Source of the DNA: Haliotis cracherodii
Taxonomy: Eukaryota
Direction of reading: 5' to 3'
Assembly: GCF_022045235.1 (NCBI RefSeq)
Contig: NW_027266264.1
Location: 22,196,001-22,259,866 of the forward strand
DNA: 63,866 nucleotides
Numbering within the stretch: the stretch's first letter is position 1; each line of letters opens with the position of its first letter. Both the position numbers and the translations under genes were made by a program. The notes under the pieces are model-generated. The model did no database searches. It was not told where the DNA came from and saw nothing but the letters and a program-made list of their open reading frames with translations. Positions 36,461 to 48,894 of the stretch are shown here, in pieces.

Positions 36461-39400
36461 CAACCAGAAGCAAAGTTAACCAATTATCTCAACCATGGCC
36501 GAATCTATGATGCATCACTTCACAGCATCTGGCATCGCCTTAGACAACACTGGCAGTTTCACTCTCTCAGGTCAAACCACCGTTACCGAACACTTCACCT
36601 TGACAACGACATTTTAACATAATCATATCGACGATAGGCTAAATAAAAATATTTTCAAACTGTGTATTATAATTTACCGGTCATTTAAAACTAGTAATTT
36701 ATCTATGGCAGTGAAAGAAATATGGAAATTTTCTATAAGGCGTAGAGGAAATATTTTCAAGGATTTTCAAAGGAAACAGAATATATATGTCCTTTGTACA
36801 CGTGTGTACTGTACTGGGCATAGTTCAGCATACTGGGTTATCGTTAAGTAATATTTGTGTTTGAACATTACATCTGTTCTGTTAATGGCACCCCTGTAGA
36901 GATGGCGTTGCTGTATTATTCTAATAGATGTAATCGGGCCCGCCACTCAATACGCTTCAATCAATTTACGACCTTCGGAGTAATCCAGGAGTAATTTCAG
37001 CTCTGTTATACATCACCAACAAATTTGACTGTTTATACAGATAGCGTGAACTCTGTAAATCGAGTCGAGCCCCAAACGAGTATATCCGCCTCATGCTTCC
37101 AGCTGACCTATCATGTTCATATAGTTATGGCTAATTAGATGTTGATTTACAAAAGCGTGGTTAATTAACGTGTTAATTGTGAAATGCCACAATGTCATGT
37201 GGAACTTTGGACCAGCCTTGAAGTCCACTCTCTCCGCAACAATCTGTCGGTGAGTACTTTATTTGATCCTTTTTGTTCGATAATCTACAACTGTAATGAA
37301 TTCGGTTTTTTATACGTAAAGACAAGAAAGCCAAGGTTAAATGTCTTCCTTGAGCCACATCTATATTACATTCTGCTATGTATCACAAGTTGGCAGGGCT
37401 ATTTTTCTTTAACAAAAGCTCTACTTCACAAAATGAACGTGTTAAGAATGCTGCTTAACTCCCATCCTCATTTTGTCCTAGTTTTTGACAACAATTGACA
37501 CCTTTCATGATACACCATCAGATTGTGGTTACAGACGTTTGCTCTATTGGCGGTGTGCCTCGCATTCATATACCATCGAGAATCTTGCATGCGTGAACAA
37601 CATGTTACTCCAATTATTTTTCTTGGATTTCCTCCATAAAAAGAACGTGGTCACTTTTTGTCTTGTTCGTGCCTTAAGAATTTGTTTTCAAACACGAGAA
37701 AAAAAATAGCACTACCAAACAGTTAACAGTATGTTATCCAGATCTAATTGATGAGGACATATTTTGGCCGTCTCAATTTTTCAGCGACCTATTTGTGACG
37801 ATGTTGGAGTGGCAGGCACACTTACATCCAATCCCTGGCACGGTAGATCGTCTCATGGCTCGTTTGTGCTGCTCCGTTTATAGCTTGAAAACAAAAACAA
37901 GGGTTAAACAATTTTGAAATAAACATTCAGACTCAGATACATCTTGATATAATCCAAAGAGTCCACGACAATAGAGTACTGACCACAACATGTATTTCAG
38001 TGGAACACAAGAGGTGATACATTATTGTAATTGCTCTGTCAGCGGTCGACATTCCCGTAGACAAAGAGCTCTTAGTGAGATATCTTGTCACTATATATGT
38101 AATGATAACGTCAAACATCGGGGATAAATGCGATTGGTGTTGAAAATTACGAGCACTGCTGTTCACCCCGCATAAACAGGAAATACTCATTTGTCAAATA
38201 AAGACGGTTCATTCAAACCCCATTATCTACTAGAACGTGGCCACAGTTGTCTTCTTATGTTAATTATGTTATTGTCGTAACGTTTCGTATAAATATATAG
38301 TTAAAATATTGTTTGTACCAATAACTATATTAGCTATGCAGTATCAAATCTAACAACCATTTTTGACCTTGAATGCATATGAACAAATGATCAAAGAAAT
38401 ACATGCATGCACAAATTGTGTCCAAATATTCCGCCGTTCCTTTAGATATTCAGATAGCTATACAGTCACCTTCCTCCGGGCAGCTGTATAAACGATCCCT
38501 ATGTGCAGTATGTTGTTTTATAAGATATACAATCTTTTCAAAACAATCGGATCTTTCATGTACACCCCACATCCCCTGTCTGTAGATTAGCACGATAAGA
38601 GGGCAGTGGAGAGTGACGCGTGGATGCTGGTCAAGGTAACACATGTACCCCGGGGTTCTATGTCCACCCACACGTGTGCGACTTGAAGGGGGTGAGTTGG
38701 TCGGGGTAGGGGCGGGGTTATATTCAACAAACACACTCCGTTCCAGTTAGATCATTAATAAGATAAGAAATGCTTAGAAAAGAAAATGACAAATTGCATC
38801 GACGATTTTAAGCTACACTGACACCTGTTTTCAATGTTTCTTTTGTCTGTTTGACAGCTGATACGCTCCATATTACTGTCGTTCTAGAATTGGTCTGGTC
38901 TTCATCTGACCACAGTGCTCGCTGAGGAAACGGTATTTCTTATCCCTACTAAAGAGAGTTAATCTGTTCGTCCCAAGAGAACGGATCTGTAATGTATTTT
39001 TAACAGGAGAGGTCACTGTTCGGAGCTTGACATCCTTGTTATAAACTGATAGAGATTGGAACAGACCCGCAGTGTGCAGACGTGCGAACTCCTCACAGCG
39101 TTAGAGGATTTAAAGATAATACAGGAAGCGGCTGACACTTGGGGAAAACTCTTTTGTGACTTAAAGGTGTTTACAGATACTATATGTAATAAGTGCTTTT
39201 TTTCTTTTCAGCATGGTAACTGCTCCATCGGAACACGCCACATACAGTTTTACATAAGGACGTCGCTTCTTCCACTTTAATGAAGATTGATTGACAGCGG
39301 ATGCACATGTGATTCCGGCAAAGGCAAAGTGAAAAGTGTACGTGTTTTCAGTCAAGGAAAAGTTTAATAAGTGATCTAGTTGAGTGAACCATTATCTGGG

Positions 39401-39529
39401 ACAGTTCAACTTTCCATCACTGCTGGAATTAATAATAGTTGAACTCAAAAAAGGATCTGTCTCGCGAAAGAAACACTGTGTCGCAAACCTGAAGATAATT
39501 TGTTTCTATTTGAAGTTAATGTTCGAAAC

Positions 39530-40690
39530 ATGGAAGGAATGAACAAAAGAATTTCTGATGGACTCAAAAAAGCCACGGAGGAATGTCTAAAGAGCATCAA
39601 GCACCTGTACCCCAAGAGTTTCTGCAATGCGTCATTCGATGGCTACATCTGTTGGCCACCTACTTTACCGGGGATGACCATTAGTCGACCTTGCCCTTCC
39701 GTGGACGGCTTCACGTCAACTGGCCAAGCCTACAAGAGGTGTAACAGGAACGGCACATGGTATAGTCCACCGGGAAACGAACTCTCGGTCTGGACTAATT
39801 ACACCACCTGCGTCATGCCCGACGAGCAAGAGGAGACAACTCCTTACATCCCTACCGCGGCTGTACAGGAAGTCAGTATAGATGTCACTGTGCTTACTAA
39901 CGACCTCCTCTTCTACTTCCTCAACTGCATCGCCGCCCTCGCCCTCATCATCGCCATCATCATATTCGGATGTTGTATCAAGAAATGGTCTCTACGCTAT
40001 CAGATTCTCATCCCGCTCTTCCTATCAGCTCTGCTGATCTCCCTTGTGTCCTTGACCTTCAACGTGATGCAGTATGTGGACGACCCGACACAAAGCGACC
40101 GTAGCTTATCAGAAAACCCAACCTCTTGCATTACAATAACCTATCTTCGAAGATTCTCGGAACTTGCCACCTACTCTTGGTTGATGGTTCTCGGAATAAA
40201 CTACATGATCTGGCTAAGAAAATGCAACCTCAATAGGGGCCGTCTCCTTCTTTCCTTCTTTTTAGGATTCGGACTTCCGGTAATGCTAGCATCCGCCTGG
40301 GTCGTGGCCGTCACCTTCTTCCTTCGTAGCAACCTGGCGTGCGTGCTGTACTATCAGCTAGACACAACCCACTGGATCACAGATGCACCGAAGTTCCTCA
40401 TCATCGCCACTGCTCTGCTCATGTTCTTCTTGTGTATGTGGTGGGCAACCTGTCGTCCTCTTGTGGCCTATGAGTGTACTGAGATCCGTCTAGTGTTGCA
40501 GAGTGTGTGGAAGGTAGTGTTGCTGCTGTTGCTTCTTGCGGCGGCGGAAGTCTACCTTACCCTGTGCGCATATGGTATCGTGGAGTCGGTCTCTATCGCA
40601 GAGACCATTGTGAAGGGAATTCGGCCTCTTCTCATCGCCGTAATGCTGTGTTTCCTGGATACGGAGACCTGGTGCTGCTGTTATTACTAG
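39530..40690 (+). CDS. Intronless class B1 (secretin/CRF/calcitonin-receptor-like) GPCR, atypical, 386 aa
   Basis: First ATG at 39530. Hormone-receptor ECD with 6 Cys (CNASFDGYICWPPT...CP...C...GTW...NYTTC), then seven hydrophobic segments with GFGLP (TM4), WITDAPK (TM5 start) and CFLDTE (TM7 end). Confidence 0.88.
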   Translation: MEGMNKRISDGLKKATEECLKSIKHLYPKSFCNASFDGYICWPPTLPGMTISRPCPSVDGFTSTGQAYKRCNRNGTWYSPPGNELSVWTNYTTCVMPDEQEETTPYIPTAAVQEVSIDVTVLTNDLLFYFLNCIAALALIIAIIIFGCCIKKWSLRYQILIPLFLSALLISLVSLTFNVMQYVDDPTQSDRSLSENPTSCITITYLRRFSELATYSWLMVLGINYMIWLRKCNLNRGRLLLSFFLGFGLPVMLASAWVVAVTFFLRSNLACVLYYQLDTTHWITDAPKFLIIATALLMFFLCMWWATCRPLVAYECTEIRLVLQSVWKVVLLLLLLAAAEVYLTLCAYGIVESVSIAETIVKGIRPLLIAVMLCFLDTETWCCCYY

Positions 40691-42004
40691 AAGGACTGTC
40701 TCCGGGGAACATGCACATTGGAGTGGTTTGACGTTCTTATGTGCATTCAAAAAATCAGATCGTATAGGAAATTGTGACTATAAGCCTTATAGTTTTCAAT
40801 ATGATAGAACCACTTCAACATTCTATCGTAGCCGGATCATATGTAAGTCTTATTATTAATTATTGTGTGAGAATACATGCTTATTGTGCCCTACATCCGT
40901 TATGTACACATACCATTCCCGTGCTCGTGGGTTTTACCAAAGTTGTAAACGTCGAAGACCTGCTTCATTTTGGTCGTTCTTCCAACAACTACCTGACACG
41001 CCAGGATATAACTGAGATACTATTCAAAGCGGTGTAAAACTCAGTCCTGAAAACGTGCTGTCAGGAAATGTACACGTTAGGAAAGCAGATGTTATGGCTG
41101 GTAATCCATTAATTGAATGTCGGGTTGTTGTTTTTGAAGAAACGGCTTCACCCATCGTGTTAATCTGAAGCGTAGGACATCTCAGGTTAAAAGGAAACTA
41201 TGATGGTCGGTGTCATGAATAGTGTACGTTGCAACAACATCGTGGGGAACCGGTGTATCAGCAATTGTACCTCATAATAACATACATACCCGGTGCATCA
41301 TCATTCGTCCATTAGACTACCCGGTGGCTGTACATGTAATTGTGGGTGGGGGTACTGGAAGTGTGGGAACCTAAATTCACCGCTCCTGGTTCAATATTTG
41401 ATAGTGATTAACAAGGACATGCTTATGATATAGTCGGAATCGTACAGTCGACTCTGCTTTTAGTAGATATTTCTTATGATTAGGGAAATGTTTTTTGTTG
41501 TTTTTGTTTTCATTATGTCAATTATCCCCACAGCCTGAGTGTAAGGCCCCACTTCTCACCCATTATCTGAGACACAAGCGTTCTCTCTCACAGTCACGGT
41601 GTAGCCTGTCTCCTCGTGCCAGTGTCAGCTTTATCATCGTGACGGGTGGTGTACGTTAGACGGGTCCGATGACAACTTCTTTTATAGAGATGTGATCACC
41701 CTGACTTTTATTAACTACGAAGACATCCCCTGTTGGTTCTGCACTGACTGGCTTCACCCTGGGCCCACATTGTGTCTTGTATCTGATCATACATCCAACA
41801 TGGCACTTACCTCGTCAGTTTTAATAACAACCACTCATACGGTTGTAGCTTTGAGGCAAATGTATTAAGAGTGGAAAGACCTCTGCTTCAGTGGTATGTC
41901 TGAGCTTATTAAGCCCTTACCAACTTCTTCTTTTTTCCTTTGAGACTGCAAATTATACCTAGAATAGTTAGGTAGCTGGAATATGATGAAATACTATAGC
42001 TGAT

Positions 42005-42245
42005 GGAGTGAGTGAGTCGGGTTAAAGCCGCTTTGAACATTACTCCAGTCATATCGCGGCGTGTCAGCTTAACGTAGGAGGAAAGCCCGAAGTGATGCAG
42101 GTCTCTGACGTTTACCACTTCGGTGAAACCCACGAGCACGGGTATGGTGCTGACAAATCTAGAAACATGATCGGGGTGAACCGAGATTCGAACCCATAGT
42201 CATAGCTCTGCATTGCCTTAGACGACTGGGTCACCCATGGCCCCT
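42005..42245 (-). mobile_element. SINE family B copy
   Basis: reverse complement of the 8553-8831 family. Confidence 0.75.
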
Positions 42246-43042
42246 ATATCTGATAAAAAGGTGCTTATTTTAAACACCTGTTGTTTTTTTTGTGTGCTTG
42301 TTTTGAGAAGTGTTTTTTACAGCATTTATTAATCTCATCAAGCCTCTGCATCATGGAAATAATCTGCGGGACATGAAACAAACCTAAACATGTTTAACAT
42401 TGAGTTTAACAGATAGACATGTTTAGATTCTGAAGGAAAGACCTGTATTTCTCTTTGTCGCATACATGTCTACATCGTTTGGATTATTGGGATAATGTGT
42501 TAAGGTGGTGTTTAGGCTGTGAGACAGTAGCTCATTTTATGTGCTTACACCTAAATATGTTTAGATAGAACACACCAAATGTGTATTTCGTTTAGGATTT
42601 AAACATATGCCTGTACATGTTTAGATCTAAACATGTCTGGTATGTTTTTACATTCTCAACACAATTTTACAGCGTGCACGATGCAAGTACCAGAACGGAC
42701 AGCTCACCCTGCGTAAAGATATTATTCATCCTCTTCCTGAATCAACCGTATGATAGGTATATAGTGTTATGTACATGTATGTGTTGATGTATATTGCATT
42801 ATATCAACTAGGGCAAGCGTAGTACTACACATGAAAATTGCAATTACACGATGTCCATGATTCTGATTACCTTGGGATGCTGGACAGAACAGGTTCCAAG
42901 CTTGTCGTAAAAACAATGAGTCATGAGAATGTGGAACCTGGCTGATTGTGTGTGTCATCGTACCCCGACGGTATGGATTGTTGATTTTGTTATCAGCCAC
43001 TGGTTTTAAGACCAGTTTTTTTCCAGGGCTGTGATATTGTTT

Positions 43043-43563
43043 GAATTCCCGAGGCAAGGGAGTTAATTGTAAAAGTCTAGTTATATTGCTGAACTAGGCA
43101 GGAATTTCGTGGCTCGATCGTAGCTCCATCAGTGGCTATTACGAGTGATGTCCCTTCTACGTCCCTCCTATTGACCAATCAGATTCCACCTATCATATTA
43201 CATGGATAGTTTTTAACAAAATGGCGGCGCCCAGTCAAGACGATCAGACCGATAATCAAGATCTAGATTGTAATACAACGGGTCTTATCAAATTACTTGA
43301 ACACCTTGATTAAAAACATGAGCAGATGTGGAAAATATCTGTCCACGCCCAGTTGACGGAACACATGCTTTTCAAATCCTGCAATCGACCGAAATCTGGA
43401 CGGCGATTTATGAATCGGGTGTCGATTTCGTTAAGCGATTTTGACTGGACTTTGGATAGACTCGTTAGTCCAGCCAAAACACATCTCCGAGATTCCAGCC
43501 AAGTTCGGCAAGGGTGGAGACTGGACTGTTATTGTCACTTAACTCCCTTGCCTAGTGAAGATG
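43043..43563. mobile_element. MITE, same family as 12292-12790
   Basis: TTCCCGAGGCAAGGGAGTTAA ... TTAACTCCCTTGCCTAGTGAAGATG. Confidence 0.8.
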
Positions 43564-44160
43564 GCGTCAAACAGCCTTCACTCACTAAAACTCCGCGACA
43601 GGAGTACCCACATTTTCTTGTATGGATGTATATATTTACTTACGAAAGAGGCCATTCATCACATTATTGTTTACCACCGTGTGGGGAGTTTATCATGTTT
43701 TAACGGCGTTGGTTCAGCGCCATGTGACAGCGTCCACTGCCAGTATATATGTATACGTATTTTTGTTTTGTAAATTTGTTCCTCCTATTATGTAAACATT
43801 ATGGCATGATTAGTTAACATCACTGAAGAAATATTACACGAATGTTATGGTTAATTGCACATAATTAGTGTAGAAAGTAATTATGAGGGCCTCGCCCTTG
43901 TCATGGCAAGACTGCAAAATACCATGGACCTTTCAACAGTGTGTCCAGAGCTACTACCATGGAGATCTATGTTCAATTTGCAGACTCGTTAATTGTCTTA
44001 ATCATGCATTTGTTGTACATAGCCTTCCGCCTGTCATAGCGTGTGATTCTCCAACATATATCCTCTGCCGTGGTGATGGTATAGTACCGCTAAAAACTTG
44101 TATAACCTTTCCAGCTCAACCAGTCGTTATAAAATATATACGGCTGGATATATTTCATTA

Positions 44161-44481
44161 GGGAGCGTTCATTCGATTTGAATGTTGTATGAGGAAGGTC
44201 GAGGTGGAACTCGGTAGAGGGAGGGGGTGTGTGGGAAGGGGGGGGGGGGGGGAATATATTTCCCAACTGGTTCCAACCTACCAGTTATTTACTGAGCACC
44301 ATCAAACAAACAATTCATTTTCACTAATAACCCCACGACGTTTACTTTTTGGTAATTTTACACAATACAAACTGTTCATTATGTGACACCAAAGTCTTCA
44401 ATTTGTGCATATTAATTCTGTACCAACTATTCATTTAAAACAAATTCTTTCAACCCCTATAAATATCAAATGGATGCTCCC
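44161..44481. mobile_element. Probable PIF/Harbinger-type MITE
   Basis: TTA|GGGAGCGTTCATT ... AATGGATGCTCCC|TTA: imperfect TIRs with a 3-bp TTA duplication. Confidence 0.6.
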
Positions 44482-46468
44482 TTAGCCTTTCATGCTGACC
44501 TAGACTGATACAAGTCTTTAAGGCAATGATTATTGGTTTAAACGTAATTTCTAGATTATGTTAATAATAAGAACAGGTTGTCCCTATAAGAGACTGGAGT
44601 GTCCACATATCTAGAATTACTACATAATAATAGATTTGTCTTTCAGTACAGCCTTGGAGCAAGGCTAATTCTGATCATGAAGCAAAAATATTAGAAAACT
44701 GCTAATAAAGTCTTCAATAATTTGGCAAGTCTATTTCTTCAGTTTTAGAAAATTCTCTGGGTTTCAATTGAGACTGCGGTATGTTCATCTGCTAAGCTGT
44801 CTCTGGGCCCCGAGCAAGCGTCTAAAGTAATGAAGCTAGTTCTATAAGGACAATGACGTCTAGGATGTGCCCATGCAAGGGTTACGTCGATTAGAAGTGA
44901 TATATTGTTTTGGCACCGTGTAAAGTCACAAGTTCTCATTCATTCCAGGAATAAATCGTTTTTAACCTGCATATCGTGTTTCCTATTTGTTTCGCTGTTT
45001 CGAACATGAAACTGTTGTGAGGTCAATGCGTTTTTCAATTGCATGAATAAATAATACATATCTAGACAAGCAGACGTAGGACCACACCACATCATTGTAT
45101 GCAGGGCGTATCATTACAGACGTCATGGAAAAGTTGAAATGTTATAGGACTGATGTGACTAACGAGCCCTTTTTTTTAATTGCTTGCTTTTTGACATCAT
45201 AACTTAATGTCTTCGTTACATAAAGTCCTTCATCCCGTGAATTGCTCACCATATGTTAGCACTGCTCGGCCGAGCAGACATCCAGCTTGCGCAAAAGAAA
45301 CACGACCAGTTCTCAGTCACGTGGATAGTTTCAAAACAATTTCTAAGGTATTCCACATCCCTTCAATGCAGCGGTTATATCCAGCCGTAGTTTAACATTG
45401 ATACCTCACTCAGACACAGTACACTGACTCCAAGCCGACCAGTCCCCTAAATTCCGGGTGCCAGACAGAGTGTCGACAAGTACCTTTAAGGCAAATGTAG
45501 GATTCGAACCCACGACCACAGGTTCCTGGCACGCCTAAGGGAAGTAACTCTGGGCAGCGAATCGCCTTAAGCCGGGCCGCCCATACCACTTTCCCCGATT
45601 GGGCAAATATCACATACAATGTATTGTCATCACCTCCACCGCAAGGAGCAGCAACGTCACTACTTGGAATGAAAACTGTTAATGATAGGCTTGTTAATGG
45701 TGATTATCCTCATTATACGTTACCATGTTTCAAACACACACTGCCCTACATACCGTCATCATGTCGTGCACGTATTACACTTGACATTTACTGAACTTAT
45801 AATTGCCGTTGTAATCGACGCTTTTCCAACCCAATTAGCCCAAGACGTGGTCTGTGATACGGCCGTCAACAATAGATTTGATGTCTGCCACATAAGCTGA
45901 TCTGCCTACTAATTACTCATATGGTTTATGTGTAGTAATTATTACATGTGATAAGGTTTATCAGCTTGGTGCATAATATGTTAAGTACATAGATTTGGTT
46001 AATAACGTTATTTGAAGATGACAATCAGAACAATGGTTTCCGAGTTCCAAGATTATATAAAAAACTCGCACTGATAAAACTAATGTAAGCTCTGATTTAA
46101 TTTTCGTTTCTTGGCACAGCTACACACGTAAAGAGTGCGTGAATTAAAATTTAACGTCGGCATTATTCCAGCCATATAGCGACTCACACACGTAAAGAGG
46201 GGCGGGAGGAGTTAGTCCAGTGATGAATGCTTTCGCTCGTGATCTCTGACACCCATGTTCGATTCCCCGCAAAGGTAAAACTCGTGAAGCCTTTTTAGGT
46301 TTCCATCGTGAATTTGTTGGAATTGTGCTTAAAGCGGCATAAAATCTACGCCCACTACAGTTGAATGCACATAATGCTTGGTAATGAAGATAAGCCGTTT
46401 ACAACCCGCGAATGATTTTGCTCAAGCCAAATGCGAAAACAAGACATTTTCCCCATAAGATTGACGAA

Positions 46469-46696
46469 NNNNNNNNNNNNNNNNNNNNNNNNNNNNNNNN
46501 NNNNNNNNNNNNNNNNNNNNNNNNNNNNNNNNNNNNNNNNNNNNNNNNNNNNNNNNNNNNNNNNNNNNNNNNNNNNNNNNNNNNNNNNNNNNNNNNNNNN
46601 NNNNNNNNNNNNNNNNNNNNNNNNNNNNNNNNNNNNNNNNNNNNNNNNNNNNNNNNNNNNNNNNNNNNNNNNNNNNNNNNNNNNNNNNNNNNNNNN
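46469..46696. other. Assembly gap
   Basis: run of N. Confidence 1.
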
Positions 46697-47366
46697 CTGT
46701 GTTACACAGCGATATGTGGAGATGTATCGTGTTCATGCTACAAATAGCTGCATTAGAGACGGGACCCAGCGGTACAGATTTGTCCCCAACACACCATTGC
46801 TTGTCAAAAGAGGCGGATAATTTTTACAGGTTCGGTGACATGCGTGGGATATGGCTCATAAGACCGTCTAAACTAACGTATTGTCAAAATATTTCTCTCC
46901 TTTAAAAATAAATTTCCATGATGCTTATTTCAGGTGAAACAGACCCAACCTGAATTGGTTTTGGTTTCATAAAATACATTTATTTCACAGTTCAGGACTT
47001 ATGGCGGCAATGATAGAGTTCGAAAATTACTTGGGGGCACTGGTGGTTCAAGGCGCCGCAAATCGTTGTGCAGAGTCTTCGAGTCGCTGTTGGCCCCGAT
47101 TACACATGTAACGCCGTGATATAACTGGAATGCTCTTAAAGGCAGCGCTCAACCCAACTCACTCAACTCATTCGAATATTGCTGACTGCATCGTAACAAT
47201 CAAACAGAGAAATGGGCCTCAATATAGAGACCATTATTGTCCTACTTTACAAACAGCTTACACATATGGAAAACAGTGTGATTGACAGTTCTTTGGTACT
47301 CAATAACCAGATCAACAACCAATCCCACCATCGTGAAGAGACTTCTCAAAGCATAGACCTTCTGAA

Positions 47367-47640
47367 CTGGTTGGTTTGGTTGGTTTGTTGTTTAACACTC
47401 AGCAATATTCCAGCTATATGACGGCGGTCTGTAAATAATCGAGTCTGGACCAGGTAATCCAGTGATTAATGACATGAGCATCGATCCATGCAATTGGGAT
47501 CTATGACATGCATCAACCAAATCAGCAAGCCTGACGACCCGAATCCATTAGTCGCCTTTTACGACATGCGTAGTCACTTTTTACGGCAAGCATGGGTTGC
47601 ATGGATCTACCCCGGATCTACCCCGGATCTTCACGGGTCC
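47367..47640 (-). mobile_element. SINE-like family D copy, with TSD
   Basis: flanked by ccttctgaactg on both sides. Confidence 0.8.
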
Positions 47641-48562
47641 CTTCTGAACTGTGTTGATTGAAGAAGAGACCCCGAGTCCAGACGAACTGTGGCGTCAGTC
47701 GTTAAAGGTTCCCTCTGACAAGTACCTGGAACAAGTCACGGTGCATACTTCCAATACTTATAAATGATGCACGGTGCTATGTGCATATGGCGGTATGTCT
47801 AGTTTAATGCATCGGTCTCTAGAATCTACTTCTTAATTCCCAGATCTGCTTCAGGGTTCATTTTATAGCCAATTAATTGACGGACATCACTTTCAGACAG
47901 CATCCCATTTAAAACACTGAGCCCCAGTTAACGAATTTCGTGGGTCAAGGAATGAAGTCACCCCAGCGTCCCCGATCCGTGTTATCAAGTCCGGTTGATG
48001 AGGAGGGCTGCAGAGAAATGGTCCTTATCTGTCTTATCTGCGGGTTTGGGGATGAACATAGCCTTGATGTGACGCTAGAGTGACGGGGCTATCGGCAGCC
48101 ACAACAACATGTTGTCACGACATCACGACGTGGTGTCTCTGGCATGCACGCCTGTTTATCATACATCTGAGAGCGCCTTGATGATGAGAAGGGGTTGTTC
48201 TGGTAAACGTCGCAATAGGGGTTGTCTGTGTTTCATTCTACCTTCTACCCCTGCTACCTCTAACAACATTCAACTTTGATTGTTTTAATGATCAATGGAT
48301 AAAACGGATGGCCTGGTCGTTTTCGATACAGCAATTCGATGTAAAGAGTAGCGTTCCTATCATGCCATGATCTGTCATCGTAGGTTCGAATCCCCGATTA
48401 GTCCCGAATATGATCATGCGTCTGTCAGCATCATACACCTGCAGTCGTGGGATTCAACAAAGTGGCGCAACCTCCTGCATTACTGTCACAGTCCCGGAAC
48501 CATATTATTTCCCCTTCCGCCCAACCCTTACTGTAACGCTACAGTCATTTATAAACTCCGCA

Positions 48563-48894
48563 GACCGCCTCCGTGGTCTAGTGGGTGAGCGTCCGCCCGG
48601 AGAGTGGAAGGTCCGGGGTTCGATCCCCGGCCGCGTCTTACCAAAAGACGTTAAAAGATGATACTTGTTGTTACCCTGTCTGGCGCTCGGCATTAAGGGG
48701 CTAAAACAAGGACTGGTCGGCTCGAAGTCAGTATACTGTGTCTGAGTAGGGTATTCATGTTAAACTGCGGCATGGTATCTCAGTGAGCTAGCGGCATCAG
48801 TCCGGACTAGTACAAGCAGCAACACAAACACATGCACGTCGCTATATAAGTGCAATAATCTTGGAGCGACGTTAAACCCAATTTCACCTCACCT
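48563..48894 (+). mobile_element. Full-length SINE family C inserted at the tail of a reverse SINE D
   Basis: intact tRNA-like head; TSD ataaactccgca (48551-48562/48895-48906). Confidence 0.88.

Noticed and set aside
46412-46820. ORFs spanning N runs (also 58440-58959)
   Set aside because: Artefacts of assembly gaps and microsatellites.
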